Shown in pieces: positions 26,783 through 41,083 of a DNA stretch of 64,000 nt. The first letter of the stretch is position 1. Every line of letters begins with the position of its first letter. The notes below the pieces were generated by a model. The model had not been told where the DNA came from. It saw only the letters and a program-made list of their open reading frames with translations, and did no database searches. Origin of the DNA: Octopus sinensis (taxonomy: Eukaryota); assembly GCF_006345805.1 (NCBI RefSeq), contig NC_043001.1:46624001-46688000 (forward strand), read 5' to 3'. A program made the translations under genes and the position numbers.

Positions 26783-27849
26783 TGAATGTATGTATGTATG
26801 TATGTATGTAAATATATCTATATATATATATATACGCATACACATAGATATATACATACATACACATACATATATACATATATATACACGCACACACATG
26901 CATATATACATATATATATACACATATATATGCATATATATATACATATATATATATATATACATATATATACACATATATATGTATACATATATATATA
27001 CGTATATACATACATATATATATGTATATATATATATATAAATAAATATATATATATATATAAATATACATACATATATATATATGCACAAACACGCATA
27101 CATACATATTTACATATATACATACGTATTGCAGGGAAAACACACAGAAATGGCGGTTTTGCTGGATAATGCTTATGACGATGACGTTGATGATGATGAT
27201 GATGATGATGACGCCGCCGCCACCGTCGACGACGACGACGATAACGATGAAGATGATGATGATGATGATGATGATGATAATGACGGCGGCGACGACGACG
27301 ATGATGATGACGATGCATATGTGTATGTACGATTTCGAATTCGTGCCTGCATCCGCTTCATTGTCTGCATGCGTGCGTGCATGCGTGTGTGTGCGCGTGC
27401 GTGCGTGCGTGCGTGCGTGAGTGCATGCGTGTGTGTTTGCATTTAGGGAAAAATGTTTGATGTCAGATTAAGACGGAGTGGAAGCTAGTCGGGAAAAATA
27501 AATCTAACGAGGTGAATGGCGGTAGATGGTAATTGACAACGGTAATGGTGGCGGCGGCGGCGAAAGTGGTGGTGGGGTGGTGGTCTCGGCGGTGGTGATG
27601 GATGATGGGGTGATGTCTGTGGGTAGGTAGGATGTCGTGACGGTGAAAATATTTACGTTGCAGTCAATTATTGCTAAAATATTTCAACAGCTGGTAGTAC
27701 AGTTTCCTTACAAAACATGCACTTAGCCCCTGGGGGGAGGGTGGGGAGAAGGATGGGAGATGCTGGAGCTAAACAGGGGTCGGAGACGGTGTCGGTGGTA
27801 ATGGTGGAGGTGATGGGGGTGGTGTTGATGCTAGTGGTGAGGCTGTTCG

Positions 27850-28148
27850 AATGATGATGATGATGATGATGATGTTGACGATGGTGATGATGAACGTGAG
27901 CACGATGATTATAATGATGGTAGTGGTGATGATGATAACGACGACGATGATGATGATGATGGTGGTGGTGGTGATTGTAGTGGTGTCGGATGGTAATGGT
28001 CGCAGAGATACTGGTTGTGGTGGTGGTGGTGGTGGTGCGACTGGTGCATAACTTCGTCGCTTATGAGCAAATTGTTGTTGTTGTTGCTGTTATTGCTGTT
28101 AATAAAGATGATGTCGATGATGAGGATGATAACGATGATGACGATGGC

Positions 28149-28189
<41 letters not shown>

Positions 28190-28202
28190 GCGATGGTGAT
28201 TA

Positions 28203-28262
<60 letters not shown>

Positions 28263-28275
28263 GCGATGGTGATTA

Positions 28276-28332
<57 letters not shown>

Positions 28333-28347
28333 GCGATGGTGATTAAA

Positions 28348-28388
<41 letters not shown>

Positions 28389-28422
28389 ATGATGATGATG
28401 ATGATGATGGCGATGGTGATTA

Positions 28423-28488
<66 letters not shown>

Positions 28489-28496
28489 GCGATGGT

Positions 28497-28564
<68 letters not shown>

Positions 28565-28577
28565 GCGATGGTGATTA

Positions 28578-28612
<35 letters not shown>

Positions 28613-28700
28613 AATGCTGATGGTGGTGATGGTGGGTGATGCTAATGATGGTGATGGTGTTGTTGTTTTTGTTGTTGTTGATGATGGTGATGATGATGAT
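27850..28700. repeat. (GAT)n array with a higher-order unit ending GGCGATGGTGATTAA
   Basis: Six marker units between 28189 and 28577. Confidence 0.9.
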
Positions 28701-29202
28701 GGAGAGTGACTTGTTAAGAGAATGGTTATTGTTTTTATTTTACATTTAATTTTTTTCTCTTATTTTGTTAGTTTTTTTTTTCTTTTGAAATGAGGTTCCA
28801 GCTTATATTTCAACTGTATCGACATGCGTGTGTGTGAGTATGAGTTTATATCTGCATATGCTATGTGTGTGTGTACGTAGTTGTGTGTCTGTGGGTCTGT
28901 ATCCTTGTGTGTGTGTGTGTGTTATGCACGCGTGCCTATGTGCAAACATGTTCATATATATATATATTTATATATATATATATAATATATACATACACGT
29001 TGTTACTGCAGGTTTTTCTGTTATCTGTATAATATGAGTGTATATGTGTGTGTGCCTGTATTTGTATGTATGCATGTATGTATGTTTGTGGTGTGTGTGT
29101 ATGTGTATATATGTATGTGTGTATGGGATTTGGTGGTGCGCATATGCTGATATATATATATATATATGTACACACAATATATATATAATAATAATAATAA
29201 TA

Positions 29203-29267
<65 letters not shown>

Positions 29268-30004
29268 CATTTATTTATCTATTTGTTATTATTATTGTCT
29301 ATCATTTTTTCTCTGCAGTGTCAAGAAAGAATGATTACACGCGCGCGCGCAAACGTGTGTGCGTGTGTATACGTATGTATGTGTGTGTACACATATGTGT
29401 ATACGCATAGACAAACGCATCGTTTTTTCATTTACACACACAAACACACACACACTTATACATACGCACATACATGTACTTGTATATGTGTATATATGCA
29501 TATACATCAAGGTTTGTGCATGCATGTATACATTTTGAAAAGATCTGTGTATATATGTGCACGGGTGTGTGTGAGTGTGTGTTAGTGAATATTATTCCTG
29601 TCTATCACTTTCCTCCTTAGTGTCATATGAATAACGATATAACGATTATATATATATATGAATACAAACATACAAATATATAGATACATACATACATATA
29701 TACACACACACACATATATATATATATATACATCCATACTTATATTATGTATGATATATAATATATGTATATATGTATGTATATATATATGTATTGTGTA
29801 TGTATTGTGTATATGTATGTATTTATATTTGTATGTTTTTTATGCATAATATGTGTGTGTGTGTGTGTGTGTAAATATTATGCATGCGCATGTAGCGTGT
29901 GTATGTGTGTGCATGATGAATGTGTGTATCTGAATAAACGTAGGCATTAGTATTTCCTTCTGATATATAAGTCTATAAAACTGTTTTAATGATTTATTTA
30001 CATT

Positions 30005-30087
<83 letters not shown>

Positions 30088-30384
30088 CCAGACTGCTCTG
30101 GAACAACAGCAACAACAACAATAACAAGAGCAACAACAATTACGGCAACAGCAACAATAATAGTCATTTCAGCATAACGAAAATAACAACATATTCAGCA
30201 ACAACACAACAGCAGCAACAACAATAACAACCTCAACGTTGAAGCAACTGCATCATAACTAATAGCTACAACAACAGCAAGAGACATAAAAAAGAAAGAA
30301 TACTGTCACGAATGATTACAGGAAGCAGGTAGCAGTCAAATTCCCATCAAATAACATCCTGGGGTCTTATATAACCTCGGACCA

Positions 30385-30790
30385 TATATGGCTGTGTGGT
30401 GAAGAACCTTGTATTGTAACAACGTGATTTCGGGTTCAGTGCCACTGCTCGGAACCCTGGCAAGAGTCTTCTACATTAGGCTAGTGCTGACCAATGCTGT
30501 GTGGGTAAATTTAATAGACGGAAACTGTGTGGAAGCTCGTCGTGTTCATTATATAGATATGTGTGTGTGAAGTGTATCTGTGTACGCGCGCACGTGTTTG
30601 AGCTTGTTTCGTCTCACCGTTTGAGAACTGGTGTCAGTTTATTTACGTCCCCGTAATCTAGAGGTGCAGTAAAAGAGGCCGGTAAAATAAGTACTGGGGT
30701 CGATTTGTTCGACTAAACCCTTCGAGGTGATGCTCCAGTATGGCCGCAGTCCAGCGACTGAAACAAGTAGATGTAAAAAATAAAAGATAT
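30385..30790 (+). mobile_element. Degenerate SINE family A
   Basis: tggctgtgtggtgaagaa head; tttcgggttcagtgccactgc; tail gatttgttcgactaaacccttcg. Confidence 0.75.
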
Positions 30791-31014
30791 CCTTAAAGAG
30801 ACAGGGTGGTCATGTATGGAATATTTTACATCATAGGTTTACTCAGTCAGGTTTGTCCTGTGTCTCAACAATAACAAAAGTCATAGGAACGATTGTTTCA
30901 CCATAAGAACAATTGTTTCAGTAAAGAAAAATCACAACAAAAAATCTCCAATTACTATTGTAATAACTGCAGTAACTAAAGCTGTTACCACAATAATGAA
31001 AGCAAACTTAACAG

Positions 31015-31342
31015 AAGCACTCAGATAGCGCAAACCTCCGCCAAGGCATCACCAACACCTTTCAACGATTAGCCGGAGATGATTTTCAAAATGAGGATAT
31101 CTGAAACTCGACTGCTCTCACAATCGAGAATACTAAAAATGAACCCGACCGCTCTCAAAAATTAAGCAAGAAAAATAATCCAGAATCTTTGTTCGGCGCC
31201 GGATCGGTACCAAAGTCTAATAAGGTCGTGCCAGTCATAAGGTCAAATATCCCTGAAAGTTTCATCAAAATCCATCCAGCGGTTCTTGAGATATCTTGTC
31301 CACGGACAAACAAACACGACTTAGCGAAGGTGGAGGTAATAA
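31015..31342 (+). mobile_element. Helentron/HINE-like repeat
   Basis: aagcactcagatagcgcaaacctccgccaagg ... agcgaaggtggaggtaat; homologous to 8817-9140. Confidence 0.6.
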
Positions 31343-31372
31343 CAACAAAGACAGCTATAGCAACAGTATCAT

Positions 31373-31537
31373 TGGCGCAGGAGTGGCTGTGTGGTAAGTA
31401 GCTTACTTATCAACCACATGGTTCCGGGTTCAGTCCCACTGCGTGGCACCTTGGGCAAGTGTCTTCTACTATAGCCTCGGGCCGACCAAAGCCTTGTGAG
31501 TGGATTTGGTAGACGGAAACTGAAAGAAGCCCGTCGT

Positions 31538-31584
<47 letters not shown>

Positions 31585-31790
31585 GTGTGTATATGTTTGT
31601 GTGTTTGTGTTTGTCCCCCCCCCAACATCGCTGATGTGATTACGTCCCCGTAACTTAGCGGTTCGGTAAAAGGAGCCCGATAGAATAACTACTAGGCTTA
31701 CAATGAATAAGTTCTGGGGGCGATTTGCTCGACTAAAGGCGGTGCTCCAACATGGCCGCAGTCAAATGACTAAAACAAGTAAAATAGTAA
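31373..31790 (+). mobile_element. SINE family A, full length, near-consensus
   Basis: ggcgcaggagtggctgtgtggtaag A-box; ggttccgggttcagtccc B-box; core; tail. Confidence 0.9.
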
Positions 31791-31929
31791 ATAGTTGTAA
31801 ATAGTATATCAAAGAATTATATTTACGAACACGCTTAATACATTGTCGTGGTAACAGAACCACCTGACCTCTTGGAGTAGCGTTTCGGTCTGATGTTTAC
31901 CTCTTATCCTCCTCACTACCATTCTTGCA

Positions 31930-32290
31930 TACTTTCTATATGAGCTGTGGTTTGGGTATTGTCCTTCCGCCTATGACTGAAAAAAAAATATTAAAAGCAA
32001 CGATAAAATGATACAAAACTACAACCGTCACTCGTTTGCGAGTGACGACTAAAGCTTTGCTTTGCGGGGGAGCAGCTGTTTTGTCGAAGGCGTATCTTGT
32101 GAATTGCTCGAAATACGGATTAGAAAAACAGCCGACTGATGAAGGGTCGTTCTTTATGTTGCTTGTCTTGTTTTCCATTTGTTTCTTTCGTTGTTCGCAA
32201 AAAAAGCTCGTATTCCATGTTTTCGTATTTCGCATTTCATGTTGTTTACGTTCTGTGACGTCCTGTTGCCCCTATAATGTATATGTATAT
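31930..32290 (+). mobile_element. Putative Penelope-like 3' tail fragment ending in (TA)n
   Basis: Homologous to 10395-10535 and the reverse complement of the 12525-13322 units. Confidence 0.4.
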
Positions 32291-32328
32291 AACATATGTA
32301 TGTATGTAAATATATGTATGTATATATG

Positions 32329-32404
<76 letters not shown>

Positions 32405-32412
32405 ATATATTT

Positions 32413-32534
<122 letters not shown>

Positions 32535-32713
32535 AGGATTAGAACATATCAGGCTTTGATAAAGATCACAAAATTGCTTCTGCACCACTGAGTTTCTATT
32601 CATATATCATGATAAAAGATCTTTATTTATAATTACTATATAGTGTGGGGGGTCTTCATCGGGTGAAGCGGCCACACACCCGATGGAGCGGCCACACACT
32701 TCTATAATGGTAT

Positions 32714-32813
32714 NNNNNNNNNNNNNNNNNNNNNNNNNNNNNNNNNNNNNNNNNNNNNNNNNNNNNNNNNNNNNNNNNNNNNNNNNNNNNNNNNNNNNNN
32801 NNNNNNNNNNNNN
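32714..32813. other. Assembly gap (100 N)
   Basis: Direct inspection; the round length suggests a scaffolding join of unknown true size. Confidence 0.98.
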
Positions 32814-32962
32814 AGTCAAAGACATTTCAATTTAAGAGGGAATTTAATAAAAATAATTGTAAACATTATATAAAGAAAATATTATCTCATCTTTTCAAAT
32901 ATCAGTAAAAATTTATAAAAATTTGAAGTAAAAACAGTTTATCTTCTGTCTGGAGGGTCATA

Positions 32963-33023
<61 letters not shown>

Positions 33024-34414
33024 GATATATATATATATATATATAATATAATACTATACATTAGGGTCTAATGTTCTTAGCTTAGACTTTTTGGGGGTAA
33101 ACTAGATCGAACTGTCTCAAGTGTAACTGCCTGACACGGTCGTGACTTCTGGTACTTGACTGAAGAAAGAAGGCTATGAATGACCCATCTTTCTTTGCCT
33201 GTCTTTCTAATTGTTGCTTCTTCTGTGCGCCTTTGTATCGTCTATATGTCCGAATGTTTCATTGTCCTCTATTTTGTTTTTGTTCAATTTTTATATTTAT
33301 ATATACATATAGCGGCGTACGTACACACTTGTGTTCACTTATAGTAAGTATGTATCTAAATTTTGTACGACTCTTACTCTTTCTTTTAGTCCCCCTCTTA
33401 CTTTCTTCCTTTTTTATTTTTCCCACTCCCCCTCTCTCCGACGTTTCCTGGCCCTCTCTTTCTTTAACTCCCACTATTTCGCACTCGTTTATCTCCCTTG
33501 TACATTTCTCTTTGTCTCTGATTTTTTTCTAATCCTTCAATCACTTTCTTACTCTTTTTGTCTGTTTTTCACTATATCTATTTATGCGTATGTTTTTGAG
33601 ACATTTGAAGGCTTTTTCCTTTGCAGTATTCAGGCCAGTCTCAAAGCAAGTTCTCCCTAGTTCCTACAACTTATTTTTTTTCGAACCGTTACGAAGTTTT
33701 TTTTTCACAATTTCTACAAGAATATACAAATGTCAGTCAATATTTGATAATCTCTTGCTATTAAGTTGATATGAACCTCGTGTAAGTTTGCCATTGATGA
33801 CAAGTTAACAGTCTGCAAGTGGCAGAAAAAAAAACAGAAAAAGAGAGGGAGAGAGAAACAGAGAGAGAGGGAGGGAGAAGGAGGAGGAGGTGGAGGAGGA
33901 AAGGGAGAGAGAGAAAAGTTACTTATCTCTCTAAAGGATACCAAAAAGAAAGGTTGTTTTTCTTCATATAACTCGAATTTATAACTGTCATAAAGTTGAA
34001 CTAGGTCATTAAAACAGGAACTGAAAGAGCTATCGAAACTGAACGCCGTATCACCTAAGATAGTGGCGAAATTGACAAGTGACATTAGTGTCACTAGTGC
34101 AGATTCTAAGTGCAGATTCTGAGAATACTGTACTGAAATGTGAAGAACGAGGTTTCTATTGGTTATGAATTCAATTTGTATCTCCTAAAATTTCCATTTG
34201 TTCTATTATCTTTGAGCAAATGTTCTTTTTTTTTTATCATAGGCTATGATCGGCCTAAACACTGTGAGTATAATTAGATGGAAGTTATGTATGTCTGACG
34301 GTAGATTGATCCTGTAATACAGAGGTACAGTCTTATCACTTACTGTGTCACCCTGAGTTGACCTGGAAATTACGTGAAAAATATCTCAGAAATAATTTTT
34401 AATTTTACGAGAAA

Positions 34415-34585
34415 GGCGGTGAGCTGGCAGAATCGTTAGTGTGTCGGACAAAATGAAAAACAGTATTTCTTCCGGATCTTTATGTTCTAAGTTCAAGTAC
34501 CACAAAGGTTAATTAACTTTACCTCTCATCACTTCGGGGTCGAGAAAATAAAGTTCCAGTCAAGTACTGGGGTCGATGTAATCTG
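34415..34585 (+). mobile_element. SINE family B
   Basis: ggcggtgagctggcagaatcgttag head; gttctaagttcaag; ttcggggtcga. Confidence 0.75.
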
Positions 34586-34595
34586 ACTTGCTAGC

Positions 34596-34710
34596 ATTGA
34601 GCCCTGCGACAGACTGGCGTCTTGTTCAGAGGAGACTACTCTGAACTCGGTCATGAACGCCATGGAAACCGGTTAACAGGCTTTATGAACCTGGGACACA
34701 AGAAAAACTA
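34596..34710 (+). mobile_element. SINE tail fragment with a V-domain-like block
   Basis: ccctgcgacagactggcgtcttgttcag...ggaaaccgg matches the tails of 61148-61452 and 61788-62031. Confidence 0.5.
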
Positions 34711-35759
34711 AGAAGAAAACTTCTACGAGTATGCAATTCAGGTGGTCGAGCAAACTGAATGCTCACTATCGAAACTGACGGAGGATCCCTCAACATAATC
34801 ATCATTATTTTTCTCTCCCCCTCTCTTTCTTTCTCACATCCTCCGCGCTATTTTCTGTGTGTTTATGTGTGTATATGTATGTGTGTGTGTGTGTGTGGTG
34901 TGCGTGTGTGTGTGTGTGTGCGTGTGTGTGTGTGTGTGTAGGAGAGAGAAAGGGGTGTTTGTGTACGAACGTGTGAGTGCATGATGTGAGGCGTTGTAGC
35001 ACGTGATTTAAGGGAAATTTTAGCTGTTATTTCTTGCAGGCCCAGTGACCACATAAAAACTTCCCCGTTGGCTTCTGTATATCAAATATCTGTATATGTA
35101 CATGCTAAAACGAACCAAAATAGCTGCCAGAATGTGTCTGTCTGTGTGAAGTATTTTTCGGGCTTGAAGCAGGAAATTGTCATTGGATTGGATGTTAATC
35201 TGTAATAATCCCCTTACAACTGCTTCTCGGCTTCTTGCTCCCCATGCAAACACACATCCCGGGATGTTCGTAATTAGGAAAGTTTTTTTTAAGCTGAAAT
35301 TGATAGAGTCTAACTCTGCGCGATTCATTTAACATGCAGCTCTTTTCATCTGTTGTGTCACAACATTACATACAGCGGAGCCTCTATGTGTATAATATAG
35401 CCTGTATATATAACAGTCTGTCTGTGAATACGTAGCCTCGATACACACACATTTTGACGTTTTTATTCCTATATTTATCAACCTCTCATTCGATTGGGCC
35501 TCCTGTATTTATCACGCATAACATATTACATGTAATCCTTATTTATATGAATTTTTGTATGCTTTTATATTTCTTCTATATTTTTATGTGTGTTTGGTTT
35601 TATTCTTTATACCCTTGGAGAATCTTTACGCCTGTACATGCATGATGTATGCTGATGTGCATAAATATATATGATTCAATTACATTGATTGAATATCTTC
35701 ATTTCTGCGTTCGGGAATTTGATTGACTACCTAGGATTTGCGTTTTCGTTTTCCTCTAC

Positions 35760-35807
<48 letters not shown>

Positions 35808-35881
35808 TGTGTTGTGTGTGTGTGTTGTGTGTGTGTGTGTGGTGTGTGTGTGTGTGTGTGTGTGGTGGTATGTGTGTGTAT

Positions 35882-37110
35882 ATTTTCAAGATTTCTTGCC
35901 AATAGAGAAAGAAGCGGTTTCTATCTAGATCCAAACTCCTTCATTGGAATTTCAACATCAACAACAGGATTGTATGTAGTATGTAGGTATTTGTATGTTG
36001 TATGTATATGTATATATATGTAGATACAGATTTGTTATGTTTATGTATTATCTCATGCATAAAGTTGCATATCTAGTTGCATATTTATATCTAAATGATA
36101 CATTTCTGGAAAGTTTTACATATTTTTACAGTTCCAGTAATGGATTAGATCTGTAGTCTTCGAAATAGCTTTCTCCTTTCTGGTTTTGGAAAGCCTAATT
36201 TCTCGAGATTGGTATTCAGACAGTGTGTTCCATATCCCAGGGCCCCAATAATTACCTGAACTTGTAATCTGGATAGATTAGCTGTAGATTTCTCAATAGT
36301 TTAAGCATAGGTGCTCTCTTTTTCACTGATCTTCAGCTTTATGTTAACATCCGCTGGGCAGCTAATTTTCACAATAGTGCACAGTTTCTCTTCTCTATCC
36401 CAAATTGATATATCAGGTGTCTTATTGACTACATTTTATTGAGGTCTTCACTGGTACATTCCACCAGTATTCCTTATTATTATGAGTGGTTATGGCTTCT
36501 ACCATGGTGTGACTTCTTATTTCTTTGTCCATGGGATTATCCTTCCGACGTATTTCATTATAGTCTCCTAACTACAACGTCATGTCTCATCGGTAGATAT
36601 ACCGTGATGAAATTTTTGGACAACTGCTTATGTATGATGTGGGTGATATCTTCAGTGTGAACTTCACAAAATCTGCATCGGTTGTCACATTTTACGGCTT
36701 TTCCTGCATCTCTGTCCTTTTTGTCCATGAGGTACTTGGTTGGTATTTCCTGTTCCTGGATTGCAAACGCAAAGTGGGAGGGAGTAATCCAGCTATTGAT
36801 CCATGATAAACTACTTTGATTGATCGATGTTACTATCATCACGGAGCTTTCTACTAACATATCTATGCATAATCTTCTGCTCATATAGGCTCATCCTTTC
36901 ATCTGATGATACGTTGCGGTAGAGCCGTGAGACTTCTTTGGGCATGTATTCTAGGTTATCAGACAAAGAGTGTTGCTCAAGGAGCTGCCTTCCAAGTCTT
37001 ATGATGTTATCAGCCTCATGTATCCAAATTTGGTCAAGGTATGCACTTCGACATGGTGGTTAAAAGGTGTTGCCGAAGGGATATGATGCGTCATTCAAAG
37101 ATGTATGTAT
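35882..37110 (-). mobile_element. RLE-type non-LTR retrotransposon 3' fragment (R2/R4/NeSL-like)
   Basis: AIQEQEIPTKY, CRFCEVHTEDITHII (zinc knuckle), YLPMRHDVV, PDISIWDREEKLCTIVKISCPAD (RLE). Confidence 0.75.
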
Positions 37111-37645
37111 GTATGTAGTCAACTATGAATTAGAAGCAGCTCGAGGTATGTAAACAAAATCGAACACACGTACACATATGTGTGTTGTTAGTTCGTGGGT
37201 CGGCTGCGGATTTTAGGCATGAGAGAATATATTCTCCATGCTCCTGGTTAAAAGAACAACTGAAAGTAAGTCATAGTCAAGGGAGACAACTCGCATCAGG
37301 CCCTTTCGCAGAGCGACAGACATAGATGTTTCGTCATTGTTTTGACTTATCAATGCTGCATACCGAACAAATCCTGCAGCAAGTCGTATCGCCAACTATG
37401 ACAATGTGCTGAATGGTTTAGACACCATCTGCTGGCATGTCCCAACGTTTCATGCCACGGAAAAAATTCAAATATGAATCAGAAGTAGATCGATGTATAT
37501 ACACAAAATCGAACACACACAAAGTATGCGTGTTGTTAGTTCGTGGGCACATACCTTATATATGTAAATCTGTAAGTGTATTCGTTGATATTTTAGTTTG
37601 TTTGTGGATGTGTAAACGTATTTATCTGTGTATAAATTACTCTTT

Positions 37646-38002
37646 TATTTGTTTCAGTCATTTGACTGCAGCCAGTCTTTGTAAGCCTAGTACTTATTCT
37701 ATCGTTCTCTTTTGCCGAACCGCTAAATGATGAGGACGTAAATTACCAGCATCGATTGTCAAGCGATGTTGGGATGGGGGGTGGTGGTAAACACAGACAC
37801 ACAAACATACACACACACATACATATATATATACATATATACAAGGTGCTTCTTTCAGTTTCCGTCTACCAAATCCACTCACAAGGCTTTGGTCGGCCCG
37901 AGGCTATAGTAGAAGACACTTGCCCAAGGTGCTACGCAGTGGGACTGAACCCGGAACTATGTGGTGCGTAAGCAAGCTACTTACCACACAGCCACTCCTA
38001 CG
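37646..38002 (-). mobile_element. SINE family A
   Basis: Same head, core and tail as other copies. Confidence 0.85.
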
Positions 38003-38520
38003 CTTATAAATGTGTTTTTTTTTATGGATGAGTTGGTGTTTTTATGGATATATAAGTGTATTTATGTATCTATAAATAAGTACCAGTTGAACACTAGGGT
38101 TGATGTAATCAATTTAACTACTGGGTACAAGTATAAAAACTGCACCCTTCTGCCATGTTAGACTGAGCCTGTCTGGCAGGGTAAGATCATGAAACCAGTA
38201 TGATCTCAAAGAACTGTGGTTGGTGGAGGAAATAAGTAGAGGCCTTCATCCTGCAGTGAGCTGAGCATAAGCTAACCAATCCAATCCGATGTCTAAATGC
38301 ATAAATGTATTTATGGATGTGAATAAGTTGTTTGTCACTTCATTATCTATTCTCGCTCATACCCAAGTCTACATTAACCAGACAACTAGTCTGTCCTCAC
38401 TTTCTTTCGCAGTTTTTGCTCTTCACGCTGTATATATACTCGTTTTTGAGTTCTGTTTGACTTGTTTGTGCTGCCAAAGATATATATATATATATAATAT
38501 ATATATATATGTGGTGTGTG

Positions 38521-38573
<53 letters not shown>

Positions 38574-39045
38574 GCTTATATATATACATATACAATATAT
38601 ATATAATGTATATATATATATGCTTATATATATATATATGCACATATATATGTATATATGCCCTGCCTCGCACTCCCCCACTCTCTCATACTATACACGT
38701 ACGTATACACATCGTTACACACAAACACACAGACACACACACACACTCATTCACACACATATATGTGCTTGTGTGAGCGTGTGCTGTGTTTGGGCTTGTG
38801 TGGGTGTAGGTTAGGTGCGTAGGGGTACGTGCTCGTGCGTACGAATGCGATTAATACTGTTATCTATGTAAATTGAGATGGACATATGTATAGAGTATAC
38901 TATTATTGTACGTAGTACATACATGTGTATGCAAGCGTTTCTATACACGTATTCATGTATTTGTGAGTGAATGTATAATACATACATACATACATACATA
39001 CATACATACAATACATACATACATACATACATACTTACATATATA

Positions 39046-39084
<39 letters not shown>

Positions 39085-39749
39085 TATATCCGCACTCACA
39101 TTCATATATAATACATTTACACACACACACACGCACGCACACACACACACACACACATGCATGTATTATATGTGTGTACGAGTGTGTATTCATGAACGTT
39201 TGTATTTGCAAACGGGAAATCTAGTTAATATACAGAAATTAGTGTATAATTGGTTTTTGCTTTTAGAAAAACGAAGCTTTAAATAAAACACAGAAGTGTG
39301 TGTGTAAATCTCAATGTGTATGCGTCTGTGTGTGTGTGTGTATGCATTTGTGTATTTGAATGAGCATGTGCATGTATGTGATAGCGAGTGTGCGTGATGA
39401 TGTATGTATGTATGCGTGAGTGCGCGTGTGTGCAAGTGTGTGTTTGTTTCATAAAGTCAGGTCAACTGGACAAATGCTGTCCTACGTCATCCACCCTAAG
39501 AAACAGTGAGAACAGTGTTGCTGTATTCGACATCGGCAAAGCTGCCCGGCTATGAGTTCAATTTATTTCTCATCTCTTGGATAGTTTGTTTCCAGCCGGA
39601 TTGTAACATCGTTGCGTGTACTTAAAGCACTCCCTCTGATCCCCCCCCCTCTTGCAATTTTTATGTTTCACAGGGATTGGTTTCATCCCCTCATTACTTC
39701 TGTACAACTATGACCTACTTTGTAGTTGCCCCCACCCCCACCCAACAAC

Positions 39750-40085
39750 ACCTAATTCTATGTAGATGATATCGTCTTTACGTAGATCATATTATTCACT
39801 ACTCACAGTACTCTCAAGTGTCATCTTTATACAATCTAGACACCACAACCTAAGCTTGTACAGACTCCATGAAGGGGAACCTTGAAGACATTTACGAGTT
39901 AATTGGGGTGAAATCTTTGCAAGAGCCGCACGTTCAATGACGGCCCTCACTAATTCCAAGCCAATATGGAGAGGTAGGAATATTCCAATGAAAAGCAAAA
40001 TCGGATTCCTGCATGCATGTATACTTTTCAACTTTTATGCATGCAAGGAACGGACTCTGGCGACAGAAACACAATGTAAGATAAA
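39750..40085 (+). pseudogene. RTE-type LINE RT/thumb remnant
   Basis: EIFARAARSMTALTNSKPIWRGRNIPMKSKIGFLHAC...YACKERTL resembles the RTE IW..R.I.L..K...Y.CE.WTL region. Confidence 0.55.
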
Positions 40086-40171
40086 GATATCGAAATAAAT
40101 TTATCACATCATCTCAAGGATTTTAAAAATCCCTAATAGATGGTATAAAATATTATTATCCATTGCTTAGT

Positions 40172-40470
40172 TGTGGCTATGTGGTTAAGGAGCTCGCTTT
40201 GCAACTACGTAGTTTCGGGTTCAGTTCCACTTTGCGAACCCTTGTTAAGTGTCTTCTAATGTGAGTGAATTTACTGAACGGGAAGTGTCGCTTCCTTTGT
40301 AAATATGTACGCGTGTGTGTTTGTGTGAGCGTTTATCTGCGCTTCTCTCCACGCACCTCTTGACAACAGGAGTTGGTTTATTTACGTTCTCATAACTCAA
40401 CTTAAACCCTTCAAGGCGGGGCTCCAGCATCGGCGCAGTCAAGTGACTGAAACAAGTGAAATAACAACAA
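40172..40470 (+). mobile_element. Degenerate SINE family A
   Basis: tggctatgtggttaagg; gtttcgggttcagttccac; tail aaacccttcaaggcggggctccagcat. Confidence 0.7.
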
Positions 40471-40539
40471 AGAAAGAAAATGAAGCCTTCGTTTGTCGGC
40501 ACAATCGTTCACTATGATCAAGAGTATATTCTTTATCTA

Positions 40540-40765
40540 ATGACTGATTACATTATAATAACGATTTCAAATTTTGGCACAACGCCAGCAGTTTCAGGGG
40601 GAAGGGATAAGTCAATTACATCGACACAAGTGATCAACTGGTACTTATTTTATCGACCCGGAAGGATAAAAGGTAAAGTCAACCTCGACGGAATTTGAAT
40701 GTGCAGACGGACGAAATGTCACTAAGCACTTTGCCGAGCGTGCTAACGATTCTACCAGCTCGCGT
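40540..40765 (-). mobile_element. SINE family B
   Basis: Reverse complement of agctggtagaatcgttagcacgctcggc ... aaattccgtcgaggttgac. Confidence 0.75.
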
Positions 40766-41083
40766 CTGGTACAAATTCTCATTCTACTCCATTTATTATC
40801 GCAAACTTTACGGACAGACCTCTATGGTCAACAAATCAAAAACCTGAATGCCCGATGTCCTTATGCTAACAATTTTTCAGTCTGTGACATAAGATTCTTT
40901 GGCCAGTCTTGTCAAAGGATATTGTGAAATAAAGGTATATATGTGTGTGTGAGAGTGTGAGTATATGTGCGCGCGTGTATAATATATATTATATATATAT
41001 ATATATATTATATATATATAATATTATATATATATATAATAAAATATATTTCAAAAAGAAAATATAAAGTACACGTGGAAAAG

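Noticed and set aside
28140-28620. Regularly spaced repeat that superficially resembles a CRISPR array
   Set aside because: The spacers are only (GAT)n, there are no cas genes, and the context is eukaryotic
32640-32713. GC-rich gcggccacacac direct repeat just before the gap
   Set aside because: Contig-end sequence next to Ns; may be low quality or adapter-like, so not interpretable
33714-35328. Protein-like ORFs at 33714-34094 and 35020-35328, with in-frame antisense ORFs also open
   Set aside because: Both strands give equally plausible short frames and acceptors; no homology recognised; close to a contig end of doubtful quality
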